Assembly (NCBI RefSeq): GCF_009914755.1
Contig: NC_060927.1
DNA from: the human T2T-CHM13v2.0 reference genome, Homo sapiens
Reading direction: 5' to 3' (one strand)
DNA length: 64,000 nt
Positions 1 through 11,485 of this stretch are shown here, one piece after another (position 1 is the stretch's first letter; each line of letters opens with the position of its first letter). The notes beneath the pieces are model-generated. The model had not been told where the DNA came from. It worked only from the letters and a program-made list of their open reading frames with translations, and searched no databases. The position numbers were made by a program, and so were the translations under genes.

Positions 1-115
1 GGCAGGAGAATGGTGTGAACTCGGGAGGTGGAGCTTGCAGTGAGCTGAGTCACACCACTGTGGGGGACAGAGCGAGACTCCGTCTCAAAAAAAAAACAAA
101 AAACAAACAAAAAAC
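1..115 (+). mobile_element. Alu right-arm 3' end with A-rich tail (AluY-like), cut by window edge
   Basis: GGCAGGAGAATGGTGTGAAC..GGAGCTTGCAGTGAG..GAGACTCCGTCTC then an A-rich tail; AATGG.GTGAAC and GAGCTTGCAG are AluY-type variants. Confidence 0.92.
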
Positions 116-1077
116 ACAGTCTATGAATATGAATAGTGACCTATTTTCTTCTATGTCCAAATTACATTCTCATGTTCACCCCAGGCTGTTCTTTTGTTGC
201 CAAGTGGGCAAAGCCAGCAAATACAATTTACCACTTGATTAAGGCATCATGATTTGCTTTTAAATATTATTGTTCAGTGACTTTAAATCCTTCAGACCTA
301 GAGGTTCTCCTTCAACCTCACCAACTAGACAAGCAAATCAGCAATTAGAAAATGGTATATGAAACGATGCAGTAGGGGTCTGTGGGGATGCTTAGTAAGA
401 GTCCTAACCCAGCCTTGCAAGGGTCAAGAAAGGCTTTTGGCACCCAAAGGTCATGTCAGTCTCCCTCATTTCCCTCACTGCCTGGCCCAGGAGAAATGCA
501 CATGAGACCTTAACCACATAAAAGCCAGGCAGATGTAGCGCCTTAAGGAAAGGCTGTGTTTTGCTGTGCTCTTTGGTGTCTTAGAGATGGGGAAAATGCC
601 CTGGCCTTAAATTGGATTAATAAAGGAAACTATTAATCAAAAGCCTGAAAGGCACATCTTCAAACTTCTAATAAGCATCAGATTTTGAGTGAGGGTCAGT
701 GGTTACGCAAAAGAAGAAGCGGGCTATGAAGTGGGTTCTGTCCTGGCAGATGCCCCAAAGAAGCTGCCCTCACCTCAAAAGATGCCCCAGGCACCAGCTC
801 TCTGACTTAGGCATGCTTGGTTCCTCAGCCTCCTAGCCCTGTGTTTCCAAGGTAACAAAGTCCCTGATAAGTTGAACATTGGCCAGTGAGTTGTGCTTCC
901 CTGAAATACATCAACACACAGCAGAGAGAAATGGCTGCAGGCCCAACTGAACAGTTGCCCTGATCCTGAAAGGCCACTGGTGGAGAGGCCCCTTTGTACC
1001 TTTCATTGGCTGAAGACTAGCCAATGAAAGGAAGAATCGCCCTGGGAAAGCACACAGCATGAGAGAGATAGTCAGAA

Positions 1078-1850
<773 letters not shown>

Positions 1851-2944
1851 TTCACTTCAGTTACAAATCCCTGCCTGTAAAGGGGAAGGAATGATCAACA
1901 GAAACACTCGGACTTGAACACCAATTTCCTCTGTAGAACCTCAGAGTCTGCCGAGGAGCATCTAAGGAGCCACTCCAATTAGGAGGAGGGCCGAGGAGGG
2001 GCTGAGCATGCCAGGATCTCCAATGAGAGCAGCTTCTCTCTCCGTTCTTTTACTTATTGCCTTTTATGTACAACGTCGTTTAAAGGAAGGCTTCCCCTGC
2101 TGAAAAGAAGTTTGGAAAAACATCCTGCAATAGCTCTGTATCCCCTCCACATGTAGGGTGGGCAGAGTAAATCAGGATGGTAAATCAGTGTGGTGGCCCT
2201 TGGGAGGAGTCATCTACCTTATCCTGGGACAGCAACAATCCCAGCCCTTGAGGAACACCACGCCCCGCCCCCAGGTCCTGCACCAGGCTGGAGACCCCGA
2301 GTCCTTGCTCTGGCTACACTCACAGAATTCTGTGGGAGTCCCTAAACATAAATATGCAGAGAATATATTTCACTTTTCAGTGTGTCACAATGAGCTGGTG
2401 CTCAGACATAGACAAGGGACAGAGCCAGAAAGAAGGGAGCTTTGGCAACGTGTAAATAAAGCCCTTGGAAATGAAAAATGCAACCCCCTAGATACAAAGA
2501 GGAGGACCAAAGGGAAATTTGTGGTCCCAGAGAAGCCTTGCTCTCCATCTGGTTAAACAGGTTGCTGAAACATTGCTTTAATTTCACTCCAGGAAAAAAG
2601 ATACAAACTAAAAGAGTTACTGGGGGAAAGAAGTTCCTGGATTCCTAACTTTGCAATTATTCAATGAATATTATGAGCCGGGCAGCCCACTTGATCACTT
2701 GCCCTTGTGGAAAGTGGGGAAGGAAGGACCTAATTAACAGAAGTGGAACAGGACCCCAGGAGAAATAAAACCAGGAAACCCAAAGAAGGAAGTGTTTAAT
2801 GCTGGCCACTGAAATTCCAAAGTGCCCCATAATTGCCACTTAAATGTTACCAACCTGTGAAGCTACCATGCGCTTTAGAGAGAAAAACTCCATCAGCTTT
2901 CAGGTGACATGGGAAGTTATAGTCACACTGTGAAGAAATGCCCT

Positions 2945-3240
2945 AAAGCAGAAGCACCAACTGGCTGGCTAGGTTCACTTGAATTAGTTGTCAATGTCAT
3001 AAAATTGAGAAGTTTCTCATAAAAATCCTAACTTCCGTTTTTTGTTTTTTGTTTTTTCTCTCTCTGTTTCTGAAAATTGACCTTCACAATGCTGGGCCCA
3101 AGATCCTGAAGATAATAGTGAGTGGTAGCTGGGTAGTCCCTTTTCCTCTTTAGACGGGGACACTTTCACATTTCTCTGCACTGCACTGACCTTGCAGCAT
3201 GTACTTATATTGACATCACAATGAAGATGTTTTGCTTGAG
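2945..3240. mobile_element. hAT-Charlie MITE, MER102-like
   Basis: GAATTAGTTGTCAA..CATAAAAATCC..AATGCTGGGCCC motifs; antiparallel similarity to the element at 16.6 kb. Confidence 0.45.
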
Positions 3241-3464
3241 CAGAGAGGAAAAGTAACTCTGCTGTTGATACTCTGATTCCTTTGCTTTTACCATCTTTGT
3301 CCTATTCAGAATTTACCCATCTCTTTATACCAGGCCCTGTTATTATACACTTAACTAAATACAAGTCACATCTGATTATAGTAAGAATGGAAGTGCTAAG
3401 TCCTCAGTTAACTCAGAGGTGCAAGCGAACAGCATTGAAGTATAGTCCATTCTGGGGGAGATAA

Positions 3465-3595
3465 TAGTGTTAATACCATTTGATGAGCACAGCATTAATT
3501 TATTTGTATGTGTTATTTCCTTTAATCCTCACAATAGCCCTATAAGGTAGGTCATATTACCAACCCCGTTTTACAGATGAGGGAACTAAGTTTCA
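3465..3595 (-). mobile_element. MIR
   Basis: TTTAATCCTCACAATAGCCCTATAAGGTAGG..TTTTACAGATGAGGGAACT (MIR core, reverse). Confidence 0.75.
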
Positions 3596-3876
3596 CATGT
3601 TTTAGAGTCAATATTTGAACAACTGGAGTTTTGCTGTATTTTGGAATCAAAATAGTCAAACTAAGATTTGAAAAAAAGAGCTGAAAATCATGTGTTTATC
3701 CAACTGTGCCACACTACAAGATAGAGCAGGGGTTGCATCTCGGAGACTGAAAGGTATGCAGGGTCTGAGCAGGAAAACTGACGCAGAGAGAGTGGCATAT
3801 CCCAAGCCAGATGAAAGAATGGGGTGATCATGTTTCCTAGACCAAAACTAAAGCCAGTCTAGAACTTCGGGAGCTT

Positions 3877-3880
<4 letters not shown>

Positions 3881-3924
<44 letters not shown>

Positions 3925-4206
3925 CGAGACAAGGTCTCATTCTGTCGCTCAGACTAGAGTACAGTGGCACAATCTCGGCTCACTGCACCTCCACCTCCCA
4001 GCCTCAAGTGATTCTCCTGCCTCAGCCTCCTGAGTAGCTGGGATTACAGGCACGCACCACCACACCCTGCTAATTTTTGTATTTTTAGTAGAGATGGGGT
4101 TTCACCATGTTGGCCAGGCTGGTCTCGAACTCCTAACCTCAAATGATTTACCCTCCTTGGCCTCCCAAAGTGCTGGGATTACAGGTGTGAGCTACTGTGC
4201 CGAGCC
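3881..4206 (-). mobile_element. Full-length AluSx/Sz-like with a 44-nt pure poly(A) tail
   Basis: T44 at 3881-3924 followed by both Alu arms. Confidence 0.95.
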
Positions 4207-4315
4207 ACCTGGGGAGACTATTCACAAGGGCAGTACGTTGGGAAATAAGAATCAGCACTGGAAAAAACTGGCTTTATAATTGGCAGGGTGCCAAGGTCCA
4301 AGCCTGATGGTCAGA

Positions 4316-4515
4316 TAACAGCAATAGCTAATATTTATTGCACTGACTTTCCTATGTCCCAGGCAGGGTGCTGAGCATGCCACATGTACTAACTCTATCC
4401 TGTGAGGTAGGTACTATTATCCTCATTGTACATATGGAGAAACTGAGGTGCAAAGAGAGGTTAAGTAACTCATCCAGCATCATATTTAGTAACTGCAGGA
4501 GCTGGGATTAAATGT
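4316..4515 (-). mobile_element. MIR
   Basis: GCTAATATTTATTG..TGTGAGGTAGGTACTATTAT..GAAACTGAGG..GAGAGGTTAAGTAACT. Confidence 0.8.
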
Positions 4516-4773
4516 TATTAGTTGTTTCTAGAGTTCACAATTATAAACCCTACATTTGCCACTTCAGCTGGCCAAGGGCCAGCCAGGCAAACACAGGACA
4601 AAGGTTTAGGTAAAGGAATCTTTTGAGGAAGCAGCAGCAGGTGTCAGGAGCCAAAGCCTGGACAAACAGGGTCAGAGGTCCAGTGCAGGGAGGCCAACCT
4701 CAAATGCAGAAATCTCTCATCAAACTCAGGCCTCTTGTGGGGGTGAGAAATGCAGGCTTCCCATCCCATAGAG

Positions 4774-5107
4774 CAGCGGTCCCCAACCTTTTTGGCACCA
4801 GGGACTTGTTTTGTGGAAGACAATTTTTCCACGGATGGGGGAAGGGGATGGTTTTGGGATGAAACTGTTCTACCTCAGATCATCAGGCATTAGATTCTCA
4901 TAAGGAGTGCACAAGCTAGATCCCTCACCTACGCAGATCACAATAGGGTTCACACTCCTATGAGAATCTCATACCGCCACTGATCTGACAGGAGGTAGTG
5001 CTCAGGCAGTAATTCTCACTCGCCCGTGCTCACCTCCGACTGTGCAGCCCAGTTCCTAACAGGCCACAGATTGGTACTGGTCGGTGGCCAGGGGCTGGGG
5101 ACCCCTG
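4774..5107 (+). mobile_element. MER1B hAT-Charlie MITE
   Basis: TIRs CAGCGGTCCCCAACC / GGCTGGGGACCCCTG; 8-bp TSD CCATAGAG/CCGTAGGG; typical MER1B internal sequence. Confidence 0.92.
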
Positions 5108-5424
5108 CCGTAGGGAGAAAGGTCATTGTATACAGCCCCTCAAGAACGCAATTTGCCTGGAGTCTATGATTCATAATGGGCATCCTTAGAGCCAGAAGTT
5201 CCTTCTCCCCGTATTTACCCCAAAGGAACCCTTATCTGCTCCTGCTGTGGAAGGAAGGCACAGAGTCCTCTTCAAGGATGATGATTACCAAATGGTTCAT
5301 TATAGCAAAGGAAACAAGCTAAGTGTCCATCAGGAGGGGAATGGCTGGGTCAATTGTAATAAACCCACTCAGAGGAACATGCTCCAACAAAGACACACAT
5401 ACCTCACATGAAGAGTCCAAGATC

Positions 5425-5843
5425 CAAGAGCCAGCCATGGAGCTGTGCCACTCAGACTTCCCTTCAAGAAAGCAACTGCCACTCAGCTGCAAGGAGTGCA
5501 GTGAGCTTAACAGTCTCCAGCTGTGGAGCTTTTAGGATTCACTACAGCATTTGAGTTGAGGCCATGCTTTCCAGGGAGTCTCCCAGCAGGTGACTGAGCA
5601 TGGCTGGGGAACTAAAGCTTGGCCATTTCTGCCCAATGAGGCAATCCTCCAAAGGGCAATGTCAACTCTGAGCTCCCATTGGGCAGGTGAGACTGTCAGA
5701 CCCGCATCACAGACTGCTCTCCTTGCTCAGCCCTGCTCCCTTGCTCCCTCTACCTTTATCTTTCACAGGCATCACCCCCAATTAACGCCTTATACTCCTA
5801 ACTCCTCTCAGTGTCCACTTCCCAGAGGATGCCTGAACTGGCA
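5425..5843 (+). mobile_element. ERVL solo LTR16 (A/C-like)
   Basis: CAGACTTCCCTTCAAG..CAGCTGCAAGGAGTGCAGT..GGCCATTTCTGCCCAA..GAGCTCCCATTGGG motifs collinear with LTR16. Confidence 0.75.
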
Positions 5844-6039
5844 CTTCCATTGATTAATGAAAATAGCAAGTTACAGGACCCTGCATACGCTAAGATACCA
5901 TTATGTAAATAAACAAACACCTATATGAATAAGTATTTTGTAAAGGTAAAGAAAAAGAAAAATACAAGAATGGAGGAAGAAAGGAAGGAAGGAAATAAAC
6001 CTCACACACAAACATATTTTTTCTATGTATTCACATATA

Positions 6040-6075
6040 TGCAGTCAAATGCTCTACCCCTGAGCTATAACCCCC
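6040..6075 (-). pseudogene. 5'-half tRNA-Cys(GCA) tailless retropseudogene
   Basis: Reverse complement GGGGGTTATAGCTCAGGGGTAGAGCATTTGACTGCA matches the tRNA-Cys 5' half up to the GCA anticodon (one extra T); flanked by 15-bp direct repeats. Confidence 0.88.
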
Positions 6076-6739
6076 GCATTCATATATATGGATAGGTATG
6101 CATTAAAAAGTTCTGAGAAAAGCCCGACTAAATGGTAACCGTAGTTATTTCTTGAGGTGAGGGAAAGTTTAGGAATGATGCATTAAGATTCTCTGTATTG
6201 CTTTAATGTTCTTTTTACAAGGAGAATGTTTCAAGCATTACTAAGTAACTAAAAACATTTAAAACGTACACCAGCCCTTGGGAATCCAGGCCCCTTGGAC
6301 CAAGACTGAGTTTACTCAAGGAGGATCCCACTATCTCTGCTTAAGTTAGGGGCCCCCCAGAGTGGAGTCTGAGGCCCTCTAGAAGTGTTGTACCTTGCAG
6401 GGGTCGGCCAGTCCTCAACCCACTCCCTGCCTCTGTTGGCCAACAACCACAGAGATGCATCAAGAAGGAGAAAGATCTGTCTGTCCAGAAAGATCTATGG
6501 AGTGTTTTAAATTGCATGAGACTTTCCTGGCCTCCCTGGCTGCACTGTGCAGAGATGCCATAACTCCCCAGAACAGCATCTCTGAGAATTGCACTTGTAA
6601 ATCTTTCCCTCACGTGGCACGGAGCACATCAGAGAACGGTTCTAAATCTAATCAGCTGCATGGGCATCTCATGCAGGAGGTAGCCATGTTTGTTACTTAT
6701 CTGCCAGCACTACCTCTTTCACCTTTAAGCTGTCAGGGT

Positions 6740-6848
6740 CTTCTTTCTAATTCTGTCTCTGTCTCTCCCTCCCTGCCTCCCTTGCCTCTTGCCTTTTGCC
6801 TCTTTCTCCCCTCCTTCCCCTCCTTCTCCCCTTCTTCCCCACTCCCGT
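6740..6848. repeat. CT-rich low-complexity tract
   Basis: Almost pure pyrimidine run. Confidence 0.6.
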
Positions 6849-7449
6849 CCATGACCTTAAAGAGGGAGCAAGCTAGATGGGGAAGAACCCCAGCAATCTG
6901 GGCACAGACTGGAAGCTTCCTTCCTGTACTGCTGGCCTGCACTTTCTTCCCAGGCATCACACTCACTCCAACAGGCTGATGGTAGGTCAGAAGTCTGCAA
7001 TCTGGACGTGGTGTGAATGGCTTCTCACAGCATGCCCAGAGGAAGAACTCCAGCTGGCTCAGTTGAGGCTACTGACATTTAGGAAATTACTATTATTTTT
7101 ATTTTTAGACACCAATAAAAATGACATCTGGGACCAGTGCAGATAAATGTTCCATTTATAAGGAACCAGAAGTCTGAGAGATGGCTGAGGTTGCCCAGCC
7201 AAGTATGACAGGGGAACCAGGGGACTTCTGAGAGGAAGTTCACCCCCAGCACTGCAGGGATGGAACAGAGGCCAACTTGGAAAACAAGTTGGAGGCAGAA
7301 GTTCTGAGAGGTCCCAGAATTATTATCTTTAGCCAATCTGAAACTCCCAATCCCTGACCAAAAAATATGTTAAGTAAAGTACCATCTTCCAGCTATTTTC
7401 TACTATGCCCTGTCCGTCTACATTCACCAAATGCAATAGTTTGCAAGAG

Positions 7450-7555
7450 TGGTACCGTCACCTCCATTCAACTTATGAGAAGGTTAAGTAACACACCTAT
7501 GGTCACATAGATGATGGATGTCAGGGCTAGGTTTGGCACCCAGTTCTGTTGAAAT
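7450..7555 (-). mobile_element. MIR fragment
   Basis: GAGAAGGTTAAGTAAC..GGTCACATAG..CCCAGTTCTG. Confidence 0.55.
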
Positions 7556-7844
7556 TACTGTGCTGTCTTTCCACCAGCTCTCAAAGTCAAGGTCTTTCTC
7601 TCAATGACCCACTTGTGCCATCTAAGCCTTCAGAAAATAAACAAGGGGAGGAAACGAAGCAATAGCTGAGCTAGTGTCAGTCTTTGCAAACACAACTAGT
7701 GTCGACTTTGTGAACAGGCTAAGATGTTGACCCTGGACTGAGGTCATGACTGAATCTACCTCCCCATGTGCTAAAGGGAAGACAGCATGAGTAGTTTAGA
7801 TTCCTGCTCTACCACTTCTTTTTAAAAAATTAATTAAAGGACTT

Positions 7845-8037
7845 TTTTTTTTTTTTAGTTTTTACCTAATGTCCTTTTTCTGTCCCAGGATCCCATCCAG
7901 AATATCACATTACATTTAGTTGTTGTGTCTCCTTATGTACCCCTTGGCTGTAACAGTTTCTCAGACTTTGCTTGTCTGGAATGACCTTGAGAATTTTGAG
8001 GAGTGCTGGTCAGGTGTTTTGTAGAATGTTCCTCAGT
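7845..8037 (-). mobile_element. L1MC-type 3' UTR fragment
   Basis: TTTTTCTGTCCCAGGATCCCATCCAGAATATCACATTACATTTAGTTG; homologous to 28090-28250. Confidence 0.7.
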
Positions 8038-8127
8038 CCCACCATTTTTTACCCAAGATATCCTACCAGAGGACAGACCTCATGCAGTTTTCATAGGCAT
8101 CTCTTAACTGCACAACCAGAGAATAAC

Positions 8128-8424
8128 TTTGAGATATTAGGAAAAAGGCCTTCAAATTCATTCATTTTACCAAGAAGCACTGAGCCCTTGATATGTACAA
8201 AGAAAGCATCAGAGGAGGCACAAAAAAGGATGCAAAAGAAGCAGGAGATGCGGGTTGAGTGCCAATTGGTTCTCTTCCCCACCTCCTTCGGGTCTCTGGG
8301 CTCTCCTTTGTGAAGGAAGAGGTGCACCTGAGAACGCACAGGTATATCAGATCAGTGTTTCTCAAAGTGAGGTAGAGGGACAGCTGTACTAGAATCCCAA
8401 AGGTACTTGTTAAAATGCAAATTC
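8128..8424 (+). repeat. Left arm of a ~300-bp inverted duplication
   Basis: Aligns to the reverse complement of 9073-9380, including an exact 25-bp run AAGAAGCACTGAGCCCTTGATATGT. Confidence 0.9.
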
Positions 8425-8582
8425 CTTGCAGACTTTATCCTGTGTTTATAAAAAAATAAAAAATAAAATAAAATGCAAATGCTTGAGCTTACTTCAGATT
8501 CACTGAATCAGATGTTGGTCAGAAACCTGCTTGGGCAAAAACTGCACTTGATTCCAAGGCTCAGGCAAGTTTGAGAGCCACC
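8353..8582. mobile_element. MER5-type hAT MITE with a small retro-insertion
   Basis: CAGTGTTTCTCAAAGTG..CTTGTTAAAATGCAAATTCC..CACTGAATCAGA..AAGTTTGAGAGCCAC. Confidence 0.7.
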
Positions 8583-9072
8583 ATAAGAGATGATAATGAA
8601 TGGTCTACGCTGACCTGATGGGACATGTACAAGCCCCAGTGGATACAAAATCAGATAGGTGAAAGCAGATGACACTTCACTAAATTTCAGAAGAAATGGA
8701 CAGGCAAGGATTGCTGGAGACTCAGATAAAGGGGCTGTAATCTAGATGGTTGTGCATGGTGTCAGGAAATAGAAAAAGCATTACCAAGACCTGAAGCATG
8801 AATATATAAACAGGAGATGTCAAAATCTAGTGGGGTTGGGTGGCAGCATGTAGGTACAGATTGGGGAATCTAAAAACCAGGGTGACTTGTAGCCATCAAC
8901 ATAGGTGCCAACAGAACAGTGGGAAACAGAGAATCTATAAGGCAGAACTTGCACGAAGCAGGAAAGTAGAAAGGTGAGTTTGCTTTTAGACATGTTGTAT
9001 TCAAGTTCTTGATGAAATATATAAACAGACATATCCTGTAGGAAGTAGGGAAGTTGTAAGAAGTAAGGTTGA

Positions 9073-9380
9073 GAATTTGCATTTTTAATAAGTACCTTTG
9101 GGATTTTAATGCACGTGGCCTTCTATTAATACCTTCCTCTGAGAAACACCGATCTGGTACAACCCTTTGTTCACAGGTGCAGCCCTTCGTTCACAGATGA
9201 GAAAACTAGATCCAGAAGGAGGAAGCAGGGAAATGACCTGACTGACACTCAACCTTCCTCTCCTACTTCTCTTGCACCTTTTTTTGTGCCTCCTCTGATG
9301 CTTTTTTTTTGCACATATCAAGGGCTCAGTGCTTCTTCGCAGAATGAATGAATTTGAAGGCTTTTTTCCTAAATCTCAAA
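9073..9380 (-). repeat. Right arm of the ~300-bp inverted duplication
   Basis: Reverse complement of 8128-8424. Confidence 0.9.
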
Positions 9381-9434
9381 TTCAAAGATACCTCTGAAAT
9401 GCAGGTGGGGTGGGGGTTGTCCTACATACTCATG

Positions 9435-9625
9435 GGCTTTGGGGTCACCACAGAGCTGGGTTTGAGGTGTCCTGTCTCTCATCACCCTCCAACTGAATGC
9501 CCCTCAGCCAGGTCAATAATCCCCTCTCAGTTTCAGTTCTCCTCTGTGAAGTGAGTGCAGCATTGACCTTCAGGGTTATGTTGAGGACTTAATGAGAAAC
9601 CATAAGTAAAGTCTTCATAGCACCC
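9435..9625 (+). mobile_element. MIR
   Basis: AGAGCTGGGTTTGA..TCAGTTCTCCTCTGTGAAGTG..CAGGGTTATGTTGAGGACTTAATGAG. Confidence 0.65.
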
Positions 9626-9879
9626 TCAGAAAAATCCATATTAATTCACATTCAGGATCAAAGTTAAAGTTAAAACCATAAGTCAGACCTTAAAGGAAAG
9701 AGTATATAGTAAAAAGAGGAGATTAAGGTCTGAGCCTTGGGGGAAACAAGAGTTAGGGGACAGCAGAAGGAACAAAAGCCAAAAACAAAAGAGTATCTTT
9801 AAAATTGGAGGAACAGCAACAGGATCATGCAGTGAAAGGTAACAACTGACCTTCTAGGGAGTATTGACAGTCAAATCCC

Positions 9880-10062
9880 ATGGACCCAGGCTTGAATCCC
9901 TGCTTTTCCACTTACCAGCTGGGAACTGAGACTTGCTGGAACCATTTCCTCAACTCTAAGTCTGGGTGACAATACCTACTATGTCTGGTTGTTGTCATAA
10001 ACAGCTAAGATGCTGTATGTCAATCTTATGTCCCATAGTAGGGATTCAATGAATGTTAACCA
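9880..10062 (+). mobile_element. MIR
   Basis: CTTGAATCCCTGCTTTTCCACTTACCAGCTG..AATACCTAC..TCAATGAATGTTA. Confidence 0.65.
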
Positions 10063-10267
10063 GTGTTAAAATTAATATATAGGCAAGATGAACAAGTGTT
10101 TTGCAGAAGGGATAGCAAACAGTATCCAATACCACAAAGAGATTAAGAAAAAATGAAGACTTGAGAAAAATGTTTTAAAAACCAGGATTTGTTATTTCAG
10201 TGCGCAGAAACAAGTAGAAGCCAGTTGGCAGGCTTCTGAAAATGAAGACTGCTGATGTGGACTGTCT

Positions 10268-10485
10268 TAGGGTCTCCCAAACTTTTAAAAGTCATGGTAC
10301 ACACAGAAAACTGTGTTTACACAACACACTGGGACAAACCACTGAGGCTGCTCAAAATCAAAGATCATCCCAGGAACTCTGACTGCCCCAAGCTCTGTTC
10401 TGCTGCCTTGAGGGCTGAGGGGATAAATATCTCCGCATTCTGTAAAACATTCTAGCATCATAGTACCAAGGCATAACAGCTGGGC
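10268..10485. mobile_element. hAT-type MER element (family uncertain)
   Basis: TIR-like start GGTCTCCCAAACTTTT; internal GAGGGCTGAGGGGATAAATATCTC. Confidence 0.45.
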
Positions 10486-10585
10486 AGTTGGGCCTTATTG
10501 CCTGCCCCATACAGCCACGAAAACAGCAACAAGATGTCTACAATGATGACTGAAACCGTCTTTTTCATGAACTACTTACTTTAAG

Positions 10586-10793
10586 CAGGGGTCAGCAAAC
10601 TTTATAAATGGCCAGCTATTTTAAGGACTGTGGGCCATATGGACTCTGTTGCAGTGTTCAGCTTGACTGTTTAAGTGCGAAAGCAGTCATAGACAATTTA
10701 TAAATCAATGAGCGTGGTTGTGTTCCAATAAAACTGTGTGTACAAAAATAGCGAGCTGGATTTGTCCTGCAGGCAATATTTTTCCAACCTCTG
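10586..10793 (+). mobile_element. MER58A hAT-Charlie MITE
   Basis: CAGGGGTCAGCAAACT..TGTGTTCCAATAAAACT..CCAACCTCTG; TSD ACTTTAAG/TCTTTGAG. Confidence 0.85.
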
Positions 10794-10844
10794 TCTTTGA
10801 GCTTCAAAATCTGGTAATATATTTGCACCAGAATTGCCAAACAC

Positions 10845-11485
10845 ACAAGAATAACTAAAACTAAAACGACTGACATAACTAAGTTTGGGTGAGGATGTGG
10901 AGAAACTGTAACTTACATACATTGTTTATGGGGGTGTAAATCAGTGCAATCACTTTGGGAAACATTGACAGTATCTACTAAAGCTGAACATACACAGCCT
11001 ATAATCCAGCAATTCCACTAATGAATATAAACCCAATTAAACTACATGCATATGTCTGCCAAACACATGTACAAACATGTATGTAGTGGCTTATTCATAA
11101 TAACCAAAAACTGGAAACAGCCCAAATGTCCAGAGACAGTGGAATGGATAAATAAAGTTTGGTATATTCAATACAGTGGAGTACAATATGGGAATGGAAA
11201 AGAACACACTTTGCTACATGCAACTATCTGGATTCACCTCACAGACAACATTTTGAGCAGAGAAACTGCATGATTTAATAATGCAAAGTTCTTGAACAGG
11301 CAAAACCAATCAATAGAGACAGAAATAAGAAAAGTGATTGCTTTTGAGGGAAGATATGGGCTGGGATTTCTTATTCTGGGAGGGAGTTACAAGGTGCACG
11401 TATCGTCGTCAAAGAGTCGTCAAGATGTACACTCAAGATTTGTGCACTTTATTTTGTTACATCTTAATGAAAATGTTGTTTAAAA
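10845..11485 (+). mobile_element. L1ME-type ORF2 end / 3' UTR
   Basis: GGTGAGGATGTGGAGAAACTG..CCAGCAATTCCACT..AAACTGGAAACAGCCCAAATGTCC; the ORF fragment KNWKQPKCP..EWINKVWYI is the L1 ORF2 C-terminus. Confidence 0.85.

Larger units (their letters stand above)
5185..6260 (+). mobile_element. Ancient L1 (L1ME-like) 3' fragments, split by LTR16 and a tRNA-half insertion
   Basis: AAACAAGCTAAGTGTCCATCAGGAGGGGAATGG; AGCAAGTTACAG..ATACCATTATGTAAA; AATGGTAACCGTAGTTATTTC. Confidence 0.55.
8850..10240 (-). mobile_element. L2 fragments interrupted by the inverted-copy arm and two MIRs
   Basis: GAGTTTGCTTTTAGACATGTTG..; CTGAGCCTTGGGGGAAAC; collinear L2 motifs. Confidence 0.5.

Noticed and set aside
6395-6979. 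Longest ORF (194 aa)
   Set aside because: Non-ATG start, no recognisable domain, and the C-terminal half is a translated CT-rich tract
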